A program made the position numbers and the translations under genes. A stretch of DNA of 64,000 bases. Source: Bacillota bacterium (GTDB lineage Bacteria; Bacillota; SHA-98; UBA4971). The notes below the pieces were generated by a model. The model searched no databases. It had not been told where the DNA came from and saw only the letters and a list, made by a program, of their open reading frames with translations. Positions 19,901-29,488 of this stretch are shown piece after piece (position 1 is the stretch's first letter; each line of letters begins with the position of its first letter). The DNA is taken from the NCBI GenBank assembly GCA_012842395.1, contig DUSX01000029.1, positions 109 through 64,108 of the forward strand. Reading direction: 5' to 3'.

Positions 19901-20531
19901 CGGCCACATCGCGGCTGTCGGGTTCGAGTTATACTCGCGTCTCGTGGAGGAGGCCGTGAAGGAGCTGCGCGGCACCACGGCGGCCGAGGAGGAAAAGACC
20001 GAGCCCGTCATCGACTTGGGCGTGAGCGCCTTCATCGGGGACGACTACATCGCCGACTTGAGGTTGAAGATCGAGATGTACAAGAAGATCAACGCTGCCT
20101 CTACGGTTGACGACGTCAACGACCTTGAGGAAGAGATGGAGGACAGGTTCGGGCCGGCACCGGAGCCGTGCCGGAACCTTCTTGCCATCGCGCGCATCCG
20201 TGCTGTTGCAAGAGACATCGGCGTGGCTCAGGTAGCGTCCGAACGCGACCAGGTCGTCGTGAAGCTGCTTCCTGCCTCGAGAGTCTCGCAAGACCAAGTC
20301 ATGGAGGCCGTCAGGGCGAACCGGGGCAGGGTGTATGCGAACTTCGGCAAGAGCCCTTCCGTGCGAATCAGGCGCGACGGCCTCTCTGATGAGGACCTCC
20401 TTCGTTTGGTCGAGGACACGCTCCAGCGTGTCCGGCAGCGGCCATCGAAGACGCGGCTCGGCCGCGACCAGGGGATACGGGGGCTTGCCACTGGTCGCCG
20501 GCAAGGCAGCGCGACCTCCATCGGAGGATAG
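16923..20531 (+). CDS. mfd: Transcription-repair coupling factor Mfd
   Basis: UvrB-like N-terminus, RID (GDYVVHVAHGIGRY), CGDVGYGKTEVA, DEEQRFGV, QLRGRVGRS, TRCF C-terminus. Confidence 0.98.
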   Translation: MNSFLSVLRESPEFANIASGLERKTPSQVVLGLGGSMKSYVLAALYRAVPGRPFIVVTYSPQQAGRLGEDLATLLSPAEVMSFPALELWPHEEARESADVLSQRLAVKACLSRGRRALVVVPARAFARRLVPAEVFSEFSLTLKTGERHDRDSLITRFAGMGYERAELVERRGQFSARGDILDVFPPDSASPLRIEFFDDEIDSIREFDPASQRSSREVDHASLAPAREFLVSQNAREAGLARIEAQAAAQCKRLEGLGRVTEARSLRDRTDSALEKLREGLTFDGEDQYAPAFYGRLGTILDYAADPVVVVDEPARLREAFVGFEAEVREAYATLLEAGRVLPMEVSLFASAEEAMACLGRYQRLEFVLLARGTDISNTDRVRLFSGKPASPYHGKFDLLVKDLKAWRRKKHRVVVVVSTEDRARRFREVMVENGIEATCVPSITDEVKPGNVIVSAGSLESGFELPSLRLVVLTDAELYGAERRKRRLPQAQSAGSRLAAFTDLRPGDYVVHVAHGIGRYMGIKTLEAAGAKRDYLLIQYAGEDRLYVPTDQIGLLQKYIGPEDSPPKLYKLGGTEWSRVKAKVKESVRDMARGLLELYAAREAIRGHAFSPDTPWQKEFEDAFPYEETPDQLNAIAEVKADMEKPRPMDRLLCGDVGYGKTEVAIRAAFKAVMDSKQVAVLVPTTILAQQHFTTFKDRFAGYPVRIAALSRFQSEAEQRDILKELRRGGIDIVIGTHRLLQPDVKFHDLGLVVVDEEQRFGVAHKEFLKELRKSVDVLTLTATPIPRTLHMALTGVRDMSVIETPPEDRFPVRTYVMEHDDTVIREAIVRELARGGQVYYVHNRVQTIDSAAMFLARLVPEARIGVAHGQMPEDRLEEVMLKFMDREYDVLVATTIIENGLDIPNVNTLVVTDADMLGLAQLYQLRGRVGRSNRVAYAYFMYRRDGVLSEVAEKRLSAIREFTDFGSGFKIAMRDLEIRGAGNLLGAEQHGHIAAVGFELYSRLVEEAVKELRGTTAAEEEKTEPVIDLGVSAFIGDDYIADLRLKIEMYKKINAASTVDDVNDLEEEMEDRFGPAPEPCRNLLAIARIRAVARDIGVAQVASERDQVVVKLLPASRVSQDQVMEAVRANRGRVYANFGKSPSVRIRRDGLSDEDLLRLVEDTLQRVRQRPSKTRLGRDQGIRGLATGRRQGSATSIGG

Positions 20532-20861
20532 CCGCCCGGCACGGCAACTCGCTGGTAATGGGTGGTAAGGGGTGGGAGCCTCAGCCGGGTAGCTCTGCAT
20601 GATTGTTGCGCACTTGGATACCATATACTCTGCGAGACGGGGTTGGAAAGCGGGCGAGCCCAATGGCACAGTGTTGGAATCACGGTCCAGGCCAAACGCC
20701 CCCACCCCAAGCTGGCTGCGGCGCAGTCGAAAGAGCGCCCGAGTGCCCGAGCGCCCGAGGTTTGACGGGTGGGTGGCAAAACTGAATAAAAATGTCATTA
20801 ATGCAATAGGCTATCAGTGAAGACAGAGCTAAACGAGACCAACTCGAGAGGAGGGACGACG

Positions 20862-21425
20862 GTGAAGGCTACGGGCATTGTGAGACGCATCGATGACCTT
20901 GGCAGGGTAGTCATCCCCAAGGAGATCAGAAGAACGCTGCGAATCCGCGAAGGCGACCCGCTCGAGATCTTCGTCGACCGCGAGGGAGAGGTGATCCTCA
21001 AGAAGTACTCGCCCATCGGAGAGCTCGGCGACTTCGCGAAAGAGTACGCGGATTCGTTGTATGAATCTACAGGACATATCGCATGTATCGCCGACCGTGA
21101 CGCCATCATCGCGGTGGCCGGAGGGCCAAAGAAGCAGTTCATGGACAAGCGGGTATCTCCGGCTGTCGAAAAAGCCATGGAAACCCGCAAGTCCGTCATC
21201 ATCAACGAGCCGGGAAAGCACGAGTACTGCGAGACCTGCCCGGTGGTTGAGGATGCCAGAGACTGCAAGTTCTCTAGCCAGGTGATCGCGCCGATCATCG
21301 CGGAAGGCGACCCGATCGGGGCTGTGATACTTTCTTCGATGGATCCCAACGTCAAGATGGGTGACCTCGAGCTGAAACTGGCTGAGACCGCCGCGGGATT
21401 CCTAGCCAAGCAGATGGAGCAGTAA
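20862..21425 (+). CDS. spoVT: Stage V sporulation protein T
   Basis: KATGIVRRIDDLGRVVIPKEIRRTLRIREGDPLEIF AbrB-like N-terminus; ETAAGFLAKQME C-terminus; follows mfd. Confidence 0.97.
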   Translation: MKATGIVRRIDDLGRVVIPKEIRRTLRIREGDPLEIFVDREGEVILKKYSPIGELGDFAKEYADSLYESTGHIACIADRDAIIAVAGGPKKQFMDKRVSPAVEKAMETRKSVIINEPGKHEYCETCPVVEDARDCKFSSQVIAPIIAEGDPIGAVILSSMDPNVKMGDLELKLAETAAGFLAKQMEQ

Positions 21426-21453
21426 CGGTGATTTGAGCCAGTATCCTGTGCGT

Positions 21454-21663
21454 CTAAGTATGTCGTCAAGAGTCCGCGCTACTTTTCGGCAGAGTGGTCC
21501 TGCTCAGGGTTGCCGGTGTTGCCCTCCGGGGACGGCGCGCTTGCGGCGCGCCTCGTTCGAATTCGGCGCTTAGGACGGCCGAATTCTCCACGCCCCGTCG
21601 TGCAAGCACCGGCAACCCCGCGCCGTCAAGAAGTGAGACGAGAACTTGTGGCGCTATGCTTAG
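21454..21663 (+). mobile_element. ~210-bp MITE-like structured repeat (family 1), copy A
   Basis: Imperfect terminal inverted repeats CTAAGTATGTCGTCAAGAGT ... ACTTGTGGCGCTATGCTTAG; internal IR GGTTGCCGGTG/CACCGGCAACC; shared with six other loci. Confidence 0.8.
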
Positions 21664-22433
21664 CCGGTGTTCATTCGGGCTCTCCGTCCACCTTTCCCCT
21701 TTTGCTCGACGATTCCCAGGTGGGCTGGGGGATGGGGTCGGGGTGGCCGTCAGGATCTCGCGCAACCCGAGTCGGAACGTGGGTCACCAGGGTAAGGTAG
21801 TGGCTCCCCTGAGGGGGCAGCCTGTCGACGGAAGCAGGCAGCGAGCCGTATGGGCTGGCTGCCTGCTTCCGTCCCTAGCCCGTCTACGCCACCCGCCTCA
21901 GCAGCATAAGGTTATCCGGTCTTCTCTCGCTTTCCGAACTCTCGGGTTGCCGGTGATTGGGTGAGGGGGTGTCGGAACCTGCCGCCTAGCCGGACGGGCT
22001 CGGTTATGGCCTGGCTAAGCGGGCGCCGCTCGGGGCGGCATCGCCGAGCGTAACACCGGCAACTCCGCGCAGTGGGTGTGCTTCGATGTGCCTCCTTGAA
22101 CCGATGAACCGATGTGCCTCGTTGGACCGGTGCTCCCTCACGGGGACCTGCAAAGTTGGCCCCGGCAGGCTGTCCATCGGCACGGTGGTGTCGGTGGGAA
22201 CGCGGTAGTGTGAACCTGAAGTGACAGGCGGCGTTCGTGTTGCCTGCAAGCCTGCGCTGTAGTACAATTGGCCTGTGCGTCTCCCACCGCCGGCGCATCT
22301 CGCGATTGCCGAGGACGGCGGTCGCGAGTGAAGGACTTGACGCCGCGCGCACGCTCTGGTGCTAGCGCGCAGGCAGCCCGCGGGCATTGGGGCGTGCGTT
22401 AAGTACCCATTAGGGCATGCGAGGCATCGGTAG

Positions 22434-24158
22434 ATGACAAGAAAGTCTCTCATCAGAGGGGCGGCGATCCTCGCCGCAGCGGGCTTGGCCAACAGGTTTC
22501 TGGGCGCGGTCTCCCGGATCGTCCTGCCCTCGCTCATCGGGGACGAGGGCGTCGGCTTGTACCAGATGGCTTATCCCGTTTACGGGGTGTTCCTGGTAGT
22601 CTCGACGGCAGGGGTGCCGGTGGCGGTATCGAAGCTCGTAGCTGAGCAGACAGCGAGGAACAACCCTGCGGGCGCCCTTAAGGTCCTGAAGGTCGCCACG
22701 GCGATCCTCTTTTTAACGGGCACGTTCTTCTCGGCAGCCCTCGCCCTGGGAGCGGGGCCGATCGCCAGGTACGTGGCGCGGGACGCCCGGGCGGCTCTTG
22801 CTATCGTAGCTGTGTCGCCGGCTGTGCTCATCCTGTCGGTAACGTCGGCGTTCCGCGGATACTTCCAAGGCATGCAAGAAATGGGGCCGAGCGCGCTCTC
22901 GCAAGTGAGCGAGCAGGTAGTGCGGGTCTCCGCCATGATCGGCCTCGCATGGCTCCTCTTGCCGCGGGGGGTTGAATTCTCGGCGGCGGGAGCGAACCTT
23001 GGCGCGGTGCTCGGCGGGGCCGCGGGTTTCCTAGTATTACTCGTTGCGTATTTCAGGCTTCAGCACGTGCCAGGGTCATGGAAGGTGTCATGGGCCCAGG
23101 TGAGGGCGGTCTTTGCAAGGAGCGGCAGGGAGGGTGGCGGGGCGAGACGTCGTGGCGATGGGGAAAGCCGCGGCCGCTCCGCGGCTGAGGACGGCGCACC
23201 GGGGGGCGGGGCGCGTGCCATCGAGGATTACATGGGCTCTACGCTGGCGCTCGTTCGTCGCATCTTCGACCTGTCGTTGCCGGTGGTGCTCGCCGCGGCG
23301 ATAATGCCGCTCATGCAGTTCCTCGATATAGCTATTGTGCCCATGCGTCTCGCCAGTGCGGGATTCTCACCCGACGAGGTCACGAGGCTTTTCGGGCGGC
23401 TAACGGGCATGGCGCAACCCCTCATGTACTTTCCGACGCTTGTCACGTCGGCGGTGGCGGCGAGCGCCGTGCCAGCGATCTCCGAAGCCCTGGCGCGACG
23501 CGACAGGAGCACGCTTTCGGCGAGAGCCGAGGAGGCCATCAGGCTAGGTTTCCTGTTTGCGCTTCCGTCCGCGGTAGGGCTCTTCGTGTTCGCCAAGGAG
23601 TTCTCGATCATGCTCAGGTGGCCTGCGGAAGTCGCTGTTCCGCTGCGCGCCCTTGCGTTTGGCACCGTATTCCTGGCGCTCCAGCAAGTCAGCTCAGGCA
23701 TTCTGCAGGGGCTCGGCGAGGTTACGGTGCCTGTGCGGAACCTGGCGAAGGGCGCGTTGGCGAAGCTGGTCGTGAGCCTCGTGCTCACCGGCATGCCTGC
23801 ATACGGCATCCGGGGCGCGGCATATGGCACTGTAGCCGCCTTTGCTGTGGCGGGGCTCCTTAACGTGGCGGCGCTCGTGCGGATGCTCGGCCTGAGCATT
23901 GACGTCATGAACACAGCAGTGAAACCGGTCTTGGGCGTCGCGGTGATGGCTTTGGTGGCAAGGGCGGCGTACGCAGGAGTGTATCGGGCAGTTGCCAGCA
24001 ACACCCTGGGCGCGCTTGCCGCTATAGTGGTGGCGGTCGCCGTGTACGGGCTGGCGCTGCTCGTCACGGGAGTCGTCGGCCGGCACGAACTTGAGGTTTT
24101 CCCCGGCGGGGGGAAGATCGCGAGCGTCCTTGAACGGCTTGGCCTCCTGCGTCGTTGA
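22434..24158 (+). CDS. SpoVB/YabM-like MOP-family flippase (polysaccharide biosynthesis protein)
   Basis: GAAILAAAGLANRFLG, GDEGVGLYQMAYP, AGVPVAVSKLVAE, FRGYFQG, SQVSEQVVR; many TM helices; spoVT-yabM-mazG synteny. Confidence 0.9.
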   Translation: MTRKSLIRGAAILAAAGLANRFLGAVSRIVLPSLIGDEGVGLYQMAYPVYGVFLVVSTAGVPVAVSKLVAEQTARNNPAGALKVLKVATAILFLTGTFFSAALALGAGPIARYVARDARAALAIVAVSPAVLILSVTSAFRGYFQGMQEMGPSALSQVSEQVVRVSAMIGLAWLLLPRGVEFSAAGANLGAVLGGAAGFLVLLVAYFRLQHVPGSWKVSWAQVRAVFARSGREGGGARRRGDGESRGRSAAEDGAPGGGARAIEDYMGSTLALVRRIFDLSLPVVLAAAIMPLMQFLDIAIVPMRLASAGFSPDEVTRLFGRLTGMAQPLMYFPTLVTSAVAASAVPAISEALARRDRSTLSARAEEAIRLGFLFALPSAVGLFVFAKEFSIMLRWPAEVAVPLRALAFGTVFLALQQVSSGILQGLGEVTVPVRNLAKGALAKLVVSLVLTGMPAYGIRGAAYGTVAAFAVAGLLNVAALVRMLGLSIDVMNTAVKPVLGVAVMALVARAAYAGVYRAVASNTLGALAAIVVAVAVYGLALLVTGVVGRHELEVFPGGGKIASVLERLGLLRR

Positions 24159-24183
24159 GTGTTGAGTACTGGGCTAGGGGAAG

Positions 24184-25062
24184 GTGCAAGAGATGGCGAC
24201 GAGGTGCAGGGACAACCAGGCGAAAACCGCGAACGATGCGACGGGCCGCTATTCGCTGGCCCCGCTCGTTGAAGTGATGCGAAGGCTCCGGGGTGAAGGC
24301 GGATGTCCCTGGGACCGCAAGCAAACTCACGAATCTCTCAGAACTTACGTAGTCGAGGAAGCCTACGAAGTGGTCCAGGCCATAGACGACCACGACGATG
24401 CGGAGCTGTGCGAGGAGCTAGGCGACCTGCTTCTCCAGGTAGCGTTCCACTCCCAGATCGCGAGCGAGGCCGGCAAGTTTGATGTGGGCGACGTCATCGA
24501 GGGAATCGTCAGCAAGCTCATCCGGCGTCACCCCCACGTGTTCGGCGATGTCGAGGCGAAGGACAGCGAGACTGTGCTGCGCAATTGGGAGCGGATAAAG
24601 CAAAAAGAGAGATCGGACGAAGCCGGCGAACCGGCGTCGGTCCTAGACAACGTCGCGGGTGCAATGCCCGCTCTCATGAGGGCGTTGAAGGTCCAGGCGA
24701 AAGCGTCGAGGGTGGGCTTTGACTGGCCGGATGTCTCCGGGGCGCTCGCAAAGGTCCGAGAAGAAATGCACGAGCTGGAGGAGGCACGAGAGGCGGGAGA
24801 CCAAGCGCGGATCGCCGAGGAGGTCGGCGATGTGCTTTTCGCCTTCGTGAACGTGGCCAGGTTCCTCAAGGTGGACCCGGAGATCGCTCTCGGGCGCACG
24901 GTGGACAAATTCATCACGCGGTTCAAGCACATCGAGGCGCGCGCAGGTGAGAGCAACCGCCGCATGGAGGACATGACCCTCGACGAGATGGACTCCTTGT
25001 GGGAGGAGGCCAAGAGCGTGTCGAGGAGCGGGGAGGAACGGCACAGCGCACGGAAGCCGTAG
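24184..25062 (+). CDS. mazG: Nucleoside triphosphate pyrophosphohydrolase MazG
   Basis: GCPWDRKQTHESL, EEAYEV, EELGDLLLQV, KLIRRHPHVFG, second domain EEVGDVLF. Confidence 0.95.
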   Translation: MQEMATRCRDNQAKTANDATGRYSLAPLVEVMRRLRGEGGCPWDRKQTHESLRTYVVEEAYEVVQAIDDHDDAELCEELGDLLLQVAFHSQIASEAGKFDVGDVIEGIVSKLIRRHPHVFGDVEAKDSETVLRNWERIKQKERSDEAGEPASVLDNVAGAMPALMRALKVQAKASRVGFDWPDVSGALAKVREEMHELEEAREAGDQARIAEEVGDVLFAFVNVARFLKVDPEIALGRTVDKFITRFKHIEARAGESNRRMEDMTLDEMDSLWEEAKSVSRSGEERHSARKP

Positions 25063-25103
25063 GCCTTTTGAGTGCCCAACCACGCCGCATGACGGATAGG
25101 GTG

Positions 25104-25141
25104 AGACCTGCCTGGTTTGTCCCAAGGCAGGTCTTTTTTTG
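25104..25141 (+). terminator. Intrinsic terminator after mazG
   Basis: AGACCTGCCT-loop-AGGCAGGTCT followed by T-run. Confidence 0.85.
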
Positions 25142-25241
25142 TGGGGACTGGCATAACCATTCATCAGGAAAGGCCCACGACCGGGCAACCGCCGGAAATG
25201 CGGCAACGAGTTGCGCACCTTCGCACGAGGAGGGAAGAGGG

Positions 25242-25532
25242 ATGATTGACGAGAAGAGGCGGACAGCCGTGTCGTCGCAGCACAGGGTGACGGTTACTGA
25301 ACGCGAGACGATAGCGGTTGACGGCGTCAACAACGTGGAGAGCTTCGATGACCAGGAAGTAGTCCTTGAGACGACAGCGGGGATGTTGATGTTGCACGGG
25401 AGGGATTTCCACATCAAGCAACTCAACCTCGATGAGGGAAACCTGACCATCGAAGGGTATCTTGCAGGCATGGAGTATGCCGAGGAAGTCGGCAAGAAGG
25501 CCAGGAGCTTCTTGGGGCGGCTGCTGAAGTGA
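25242..25532 (+). CDS. yabP: Sporulation protein YabP
   Basis: HRVTVTERETIAVDGVNNVESFDDQEVVLET...LHGRDFHIKQLNL...FLGRLLK. Confidence 0.93.
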   Translation: MIDEKRRTAVSSQHRVTVTERETIAVDGVNNVESFDDQEVVLETTAGMLMLHGRDFHIKQLNLDEGNLTIEGYLAGMEYAEEVGKKARSFLGRLLK

Positions 25533-25948
25533 TTGAGCCGGTCGAATCGCAGGCGTTCACACTTCTAGTGACGATTCTTACGGGCGTCATCGTTGGCGTG
25601 TTCTTCGACCTTTACCGTGTCGCCAGGTCTGTGCTGGGGCTGGGCCCGGTTGCCACGGCTGCGGGCGATTTGTTGTTCTCGCTCTTCGCGACCACCGTCG
25701 CGTTCACGTTTCTCCTCGCCACCTGCTGGGGGGAGGTCAGGTTTTTCATGTTCCTCGGGTTCGCCGCGGGTTTCGCTGGATACAGGGCGGTCCTAGGTCG
25801 GCGAGTGATGGGAAGCGCGGTGTCGGTGGTCGAGGGCTGTCGCCGTGTGAGAAGGCGAGCAAGGCTGGGGTTTCGTGAAGCCTCCTTCAGGATGCGTCGG
25901 GCTGCTCACGGCGTTTTCAGGCTTCCGCGTCCGCGACGGAGACGGTAA
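25529..25948 (+). CDS. yabQ: Spore cortex biosynthesis protein YabQ
   Basis: GVFFDLYRV...GDLLF...GEVRFFMFLG; overlaps the yabP stop. Confidence 0.85.
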   Translation: MIEPVESQAFTLLVTILTGVIVGVFFDLYRVARSVLGLGPVATAAGDLLFSLFATTVAFTFLLATCWGEVRFFMFLGFAAGFAGYRAVLGRRVMGSAVSVVEGCRRVRRRARLGFREASFRMRRAAHGVFRLPRPRRRR

Positions 25949-25951
25949 GAA

Positions 25952-25976
25952 GGGATTGGCCGGGAAGACGTCGAAT
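25952..25976 (+). promoter_or_regulatory. SigH-like promoter upstream of divIC
   Basis: GGGATTG-N11-GTCGAAT. Confidence 0.4.
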
Positions 25977-26055
25977 AGCAAACAACGGCCCAATAGGGGG
26001 CGCCGCTGCATTCGGAGACAGGAGCCCGGGGCCCGGAGGTTGCAGAAAGGCGAAG

Positions 26056-26427
26056 GTGGTTGCTCTGGCCGCGGGAGACAAGCCGAACCAATCGTCTTGG
26101 AAGCCGATCAGGCGGGTGCTAGTCGGTCTATTCATGTTCGGGATCGCGTTCCTGTACCTCAGAGGCTATCTCGAGCTCGTGCGGGTGAACTACCAGATCT
26201 CCGTGGTGCAGAAGGAGATCCAAGTCTGGGAAGCCAAGTGCGAGGAACTGCGAAAGCAGATCGAATACCTCTCCAGCGACGAATATGTTGAGAAGGTGGC
26301 CCGTGAGGAGCTGGGCCTCGTAAAGCCGGGCGAGGTGCCGTTCATTGTCGCTCAGCCGCGCAACCCTGATTCGCCCCCCGCCGTCATGAAAAGGCAGGGG
26401 GTCGACCCTGCGAGCATTCGTGACTAG
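26056..26427 (+). CDS. divIC: Septum formation initiator DivIC/FtsB
   Basis: TM helix, coiled coil, EYVEKVAREELGLVKPGE. Confidence 0.9.
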   Translation: MVALAAGDKPNQSSWKPIRRVLVGLFMFGIAFLYLRGYLELVRVNYQISVVQKEIQVWEAKCEELRKQIEYLSSDEYVEKVAREELGLVKPGEVPFIVAQPRNPDSPPAVMKRQGVDPASIRD

Positions 26428-26522
26428 GCCGGCGGGCTCGCGTAGCCGGGCAGCGAAGGTCTCAGATGCCGTGTCCGCTGGTCTTCTGGCTGAGCCTAGG
26501 GCCTGGCGCGCTTGGGTTTGGA

Positions 26523-26552
26523 TTGACACAACCGCACCGTACGAAGTATAAT
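26523..26552 (+). promoter_or_regulatory. SigA promoter of the S1-domain gene
   Basis: TTGACA-N18-TATAAT. Confidence 0.8.
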
Positions 26553-26614
26553 GAACTGAAATTCGGGCTCTGTTTCTTGCTGACCACGACCACACGAGGG
26601 GGAGTTCACCAGGT

Positions 26615-27022
26615 ATGCCGTCGCTCGAGGTAGGCAGCATCGTCGAGGGCCGCGTGACGGGAATCACGCACTTCGGAGCCTTCGTCGAACTGGCCGGGGG
26701 TCAGACCGGACTGGTTCACATTTCTGAAGTTGCTGACACGTATGTACGAGACATAAAGGACTACTTGAAAGAAAACGACGTCGTGAAAGTGAAGATTCTG
26801 GCCGTGGAAAACGGCAGGATCGGGTTGTCGATCAAGCAGGCTGATCCGAATTACCAGCCCGGTCGCGGCAGAAGGATGAACGCGGCCGCAAGGCAGTCCT
26901 TTGAGGAGAAGCTATCAAAGTTCTTGAAAGACAGCGACGAGCGGCTGTCAGACCTCAAGAAAAGCCAGGAATCGAAGCGGGGTGGGCGCGGCACTCGCTA
27001 CTCCAGAGTAGGAGGGGCGTAG
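26615..27022 (+). CDS. yabR: S1-domain RNA-binding protein (YabR-like)
   Basis: GRVTGITHFGAFVEL...GLVHISEVA...SFEEKLSKFLKDSDERLSDLK. Confidence 0.9.
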   Translation: MPSLEVGSIVEGRVTGITHFGAFVELAGGQTGLVHISEVADTYVRDIKDYLKENDVVKVKILAVENGRIGLSIKQADPNYQPGRGRRMNAAARQSFEEKLSKFLKDSDERLSDLKKSQESKRGGRGTRYSRVGGA

Positions 27023-27242
27023 AGGCCGGATCGCATGGTCTCGTTAGCCCGGCTGTGTTGCCCCGCAGAAAAGACAACCATCTCACGGGCACGATTCGGA
27101 AGAGCAAGACGAAGACGAACGATTTTGACGCGAGAGACAAACAACGACAGGATCGAACATCGAGCAATGAAGAATCAGGAAAGAGTGGAGTGAGAGGAAA
27201 GCCGGTGTGCTTAGGCCACCGGCTGTTTCTTCAATGTGCCCT

Positions 27243-27869
27243 ATGGAGCGCAGACCCCAATGGACGGGCCTGACAGACGAGGAGATCGTGGAAAGACAAA
27301 TAGGCAGGAAGCCACGGGGGTTCCTCCGGGTAGCGACACGGTGCCCGTTTGGCCTCCCGGAGACCATCGTGACGAGGCCGGTCCTCCGCGAGGACGGTGG
27401 CACGTCTCCAGAAAGGCGCGTGAAGCCGTTTCCCACCGTGTTCTGGCTCACCTGTCCTGGTGCAGTGCGAGCGGTATCCGAGCTCGAAGCCCTGGGATAC
27501 GTGAGGGAGCTGCAGCGAAGGCTTGCGGGCGACGCGTCCGCCTTCGAGGCCTACCGTGAGGCGACAAGGTCGTACGCGAACTACCGCCTGTCCCTCCTCC
27601 CGGCCGACGAGGCAGCGCGTCTCGCCGCGGAGCATCCGGGCCAGTATGAGGTAGTGGCGCGCTCCGGAATCGGCGGCGTGCTTGGGAAGCCTGATGCTGC
27701 GGGGATCAAGTGTCTCCACGCCCACTATGCCGATTACTTAGCACGCGGAACGAACCCTATCGGGAAGTGGGTTCGTGAGCTGCTCGTAGAGAAGGCGCGC
27801 GGTGAGCTTGGCCCTCCAGAGCGAAGGCAAGCGCCGCGGCCACGGCGAGCACCCCGGGGAGAAGAGTGA
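27243..27869 (+). CDS. DUF501 family protein
   Basis: QIGRKPRG, RCPFGLP, PFPTVFWLTCP, GIGG, IKCLHAHYA, NPIG. Confidence 0.88.
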   Translation: MERRPQWTGLTDEEIVERQIGRKPRGFLRVATRCPFGLPETIVTRPVLREDGGTSPERRVKPFPTVFWLTCPGAVRAVSELEALGYVRELQRRLAGDASAFEAYREATRSYANYRLSLLPADEAARLAAEHPGQYEVVARSGIGGVLGKPDAAGIKCLHAHYADYLARGTNPIGKWVRELLVEKARGELGPPERRQAPRPRRAPRGEE

Positions 27870-28998
27870 GCGCCGTCCGAATGCCGAGGGCATCCGCGAC
27901 GACCCCTATGCCTGCTGCACCGAGCGACCCCGCCCCCCACGCGACGCCCATCATGAACGCCGAAACCGTGCCCGCTCTTGCCGGCGCGAGATTCTGGGCG
28001 GTCATCGTGATGATGGGCATGGGGAGATATATGGTGAACCCGGCCGCAGCGAGCAGCGCGTACGAGGCGAGGCCGTTCGCGCGCATGAACCCGAGCAGGA
28101 GCGGGATGGGCGCCAGCAGGCCTGCGATCATCAACTTGAATGGCCCCATTCTGTCGGCCGCTGGCCCCGCCACCATGATGCCGACGATGCCGGCGGCCAC
28201 GAATACCGACGCCACGGACCCGTACACCATGAGCGGCAGGCCAATCTCTTTCAGATAGATGGGCAGGAACGTGGTGTAGCTCATGGAGACGGCCAGGCGC
28301 AGGGCCGCGATGATCCAGAGCATCACGAGCGCCCCAACGGGCACCTTCCCACTCTGCCCGCTGCTGGTCAGGGCTCCATCGGCGGCGGAGGCATCGTTTG
28401 CCGGCGCCGGGTGGGAGCGTCTTGCCTCGCCAAGACCGGGGCGGCTGGCCGTGCGACGACGTGGTGCGAAACGGTATATGAAGAGAGAGACAAGGATGCC
28501 TGGGATGACCGTGACGTAAGTGTACCGCAGGCCGAGCGTGCTCACGACTGAGAGCACCACGAGAGGTCCGAGGGCATACCCGACCTCTCCCGCTGTCGTA
28601 AACACCGACAGAACGAATCCTTTACGGGTCTGGTCTATTGAGCCAGCCATTGCGGCGCCCTGGGGGTGGAACATGCCCGAGCCGATCCCGCCGATAACGA
28701 GCAGGGCCACGAGCAGACCCTGGCTGCCAGCAAGACCGATCATGCACATGGCTGTGGCGGTCACCGTCGGGCCGAGGACGATGAAGGCCCTGCTTTTGGT
28801 AGTGTCGGCGAGGTGTCCCACGAGAGGCTGAACGACCGACGAGGTGATGGCGTATACTGCGGAGAGAAGCCCTGCCACCGCTAGAGACATGTCGAACTTC
28901 GCCACGAGCATCGGCAACAGCGGCGTGAGGAAGGCTGCGTACAGGTCATTCACCAGGTGTCCGGATGTTACTGCGGCAAGCTCGAGACGTTTACGCAT
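27757..28998 (-). CDS. MFS transporter (Fsr-like)
   Basis: GHLVNDLY, QPLVGHLAD, GSGMFHPQG; about 12 TM helices. Confidence 0.9.
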   Translation of the reverse strand: MRKRLELAAVTSGHLVNDLYAAFLTPLLPMLVAKFDMSLAVAGLLSAVYAITSSVVQPLVGHLADTTKSRAFIVLGPTVTATAMCMIGLAGSQGLLVALLVIGGIGSGMFHPQGAAMAGSIDQTRKGFVLSVFTTAGEVGYALGPLVVLSVVSTLGLRYTYVTVIPGILVSLFIYRFAPRRRTASRPGLGEARRSHPAPANDASAADGALTSSGQSGKVPVGALVMLWIIAALRLAVSMSYTTFLPIYLKEIGLPLMVYGSVASVFVAAGIVGIMVAGPAADRMGPFKLMIAGLLAPIPLLLGFMRANGLASYALLAAAGFTIYLPMPIITMTAQNLAPARAGTVSAFMMGVAWGAGSLGAAGIGVVADALGIRTALTLLPGVLAVAAALAFALEGQAHRAPSLRAAHEPTSR

Positions 28999-29008
28999 GA
29001 ATCATGAT

Positions 29009-29033
29009 ATTCGACCCAGCGGAAGGATATCCT
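29009..29033 (-). promoter_or_regulatory. SigH-like promoter of the MFS gene
   Basis: Minus strand AGGATAT-N11-GTCGAAT, ending 10 nt before the ATG. Confidence 0.55.
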
Positions 29034-29164
29034 TGCAAGCACGTAGAAAAATCGCAGGAAAAGCCGAAGGGCGCTCACCCGCCAGCTGAAATGGCGCCGG
29101 GCTGAAAGGCGTGTCTACTAATACGCTGCCATGAGGCCGTTGAACTTCCCAGGTAATTGCCAGT

Positions 29165-29234
29165 GCGCACGACCCCAGCGACGGCTCTGTGGGCTTCAAC
29201 TGGGCTGGGGCGACATCATATTTGGGACGAGACG
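29165..29234 (+). repeat. ~65-bp dispersed repeat (family 2), copy 2
   Basis: CCCAGCGACGGCTCTGTGGGCTTCAACTGGGCTGGGGCGACATCATATTTGGGACGAGACG matches 16423-16485. Confidence 0.8.
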
Positions 29235-29263
29235 ACACATTGTGGGAGAGTTCAACGCTCTCT

Positions 29264-29488
29264 GCCGCAAGTTTTCGTCTCCTTTCTTGCCGACGCCAGC
29301 GTTGCTGGTGCTTGCGCGACGGGGCGTGGAGGATTTGGCTATCTCGCGCGCCCGATTCGAACGAGGCGCGCCGCAAGCACGCCGTCCCCGGAGGGCGGCG
29401 CCGGCAACCCTGCGGAAAACCCCCGGGCTGACTGGGGAAGATTCCCGCGCTGAAAAGTGGCGCGAACTTTCGGCGATCTACATATTAG
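29264..29488 (-). mobile_element. MITE-like repeat family 1, copy B
   Basis: Reverse complement of the copy A core (GTGCTTGCGCGACGGGGCGTGGAG...TTCGAACGAGGCGCGCCGCAAGC...GGCAACCCTG); its end abuts the AGGAGG RBS of the next gene. Confidence 0.78.

Noticed and set aside
27055..27273. 72-aa ORF in the purine-rich stretch between yabR and DUF501
   Set aside because: No RBS or recognisable motif, and it overlaps the DUF501 start
27757..27869. 113-bp convergent overlap of DUF501 and the MFS gene as antisense regulation
   Set aside because: Both overlapping tails are low-complexity extensions typical of this genome; no further support
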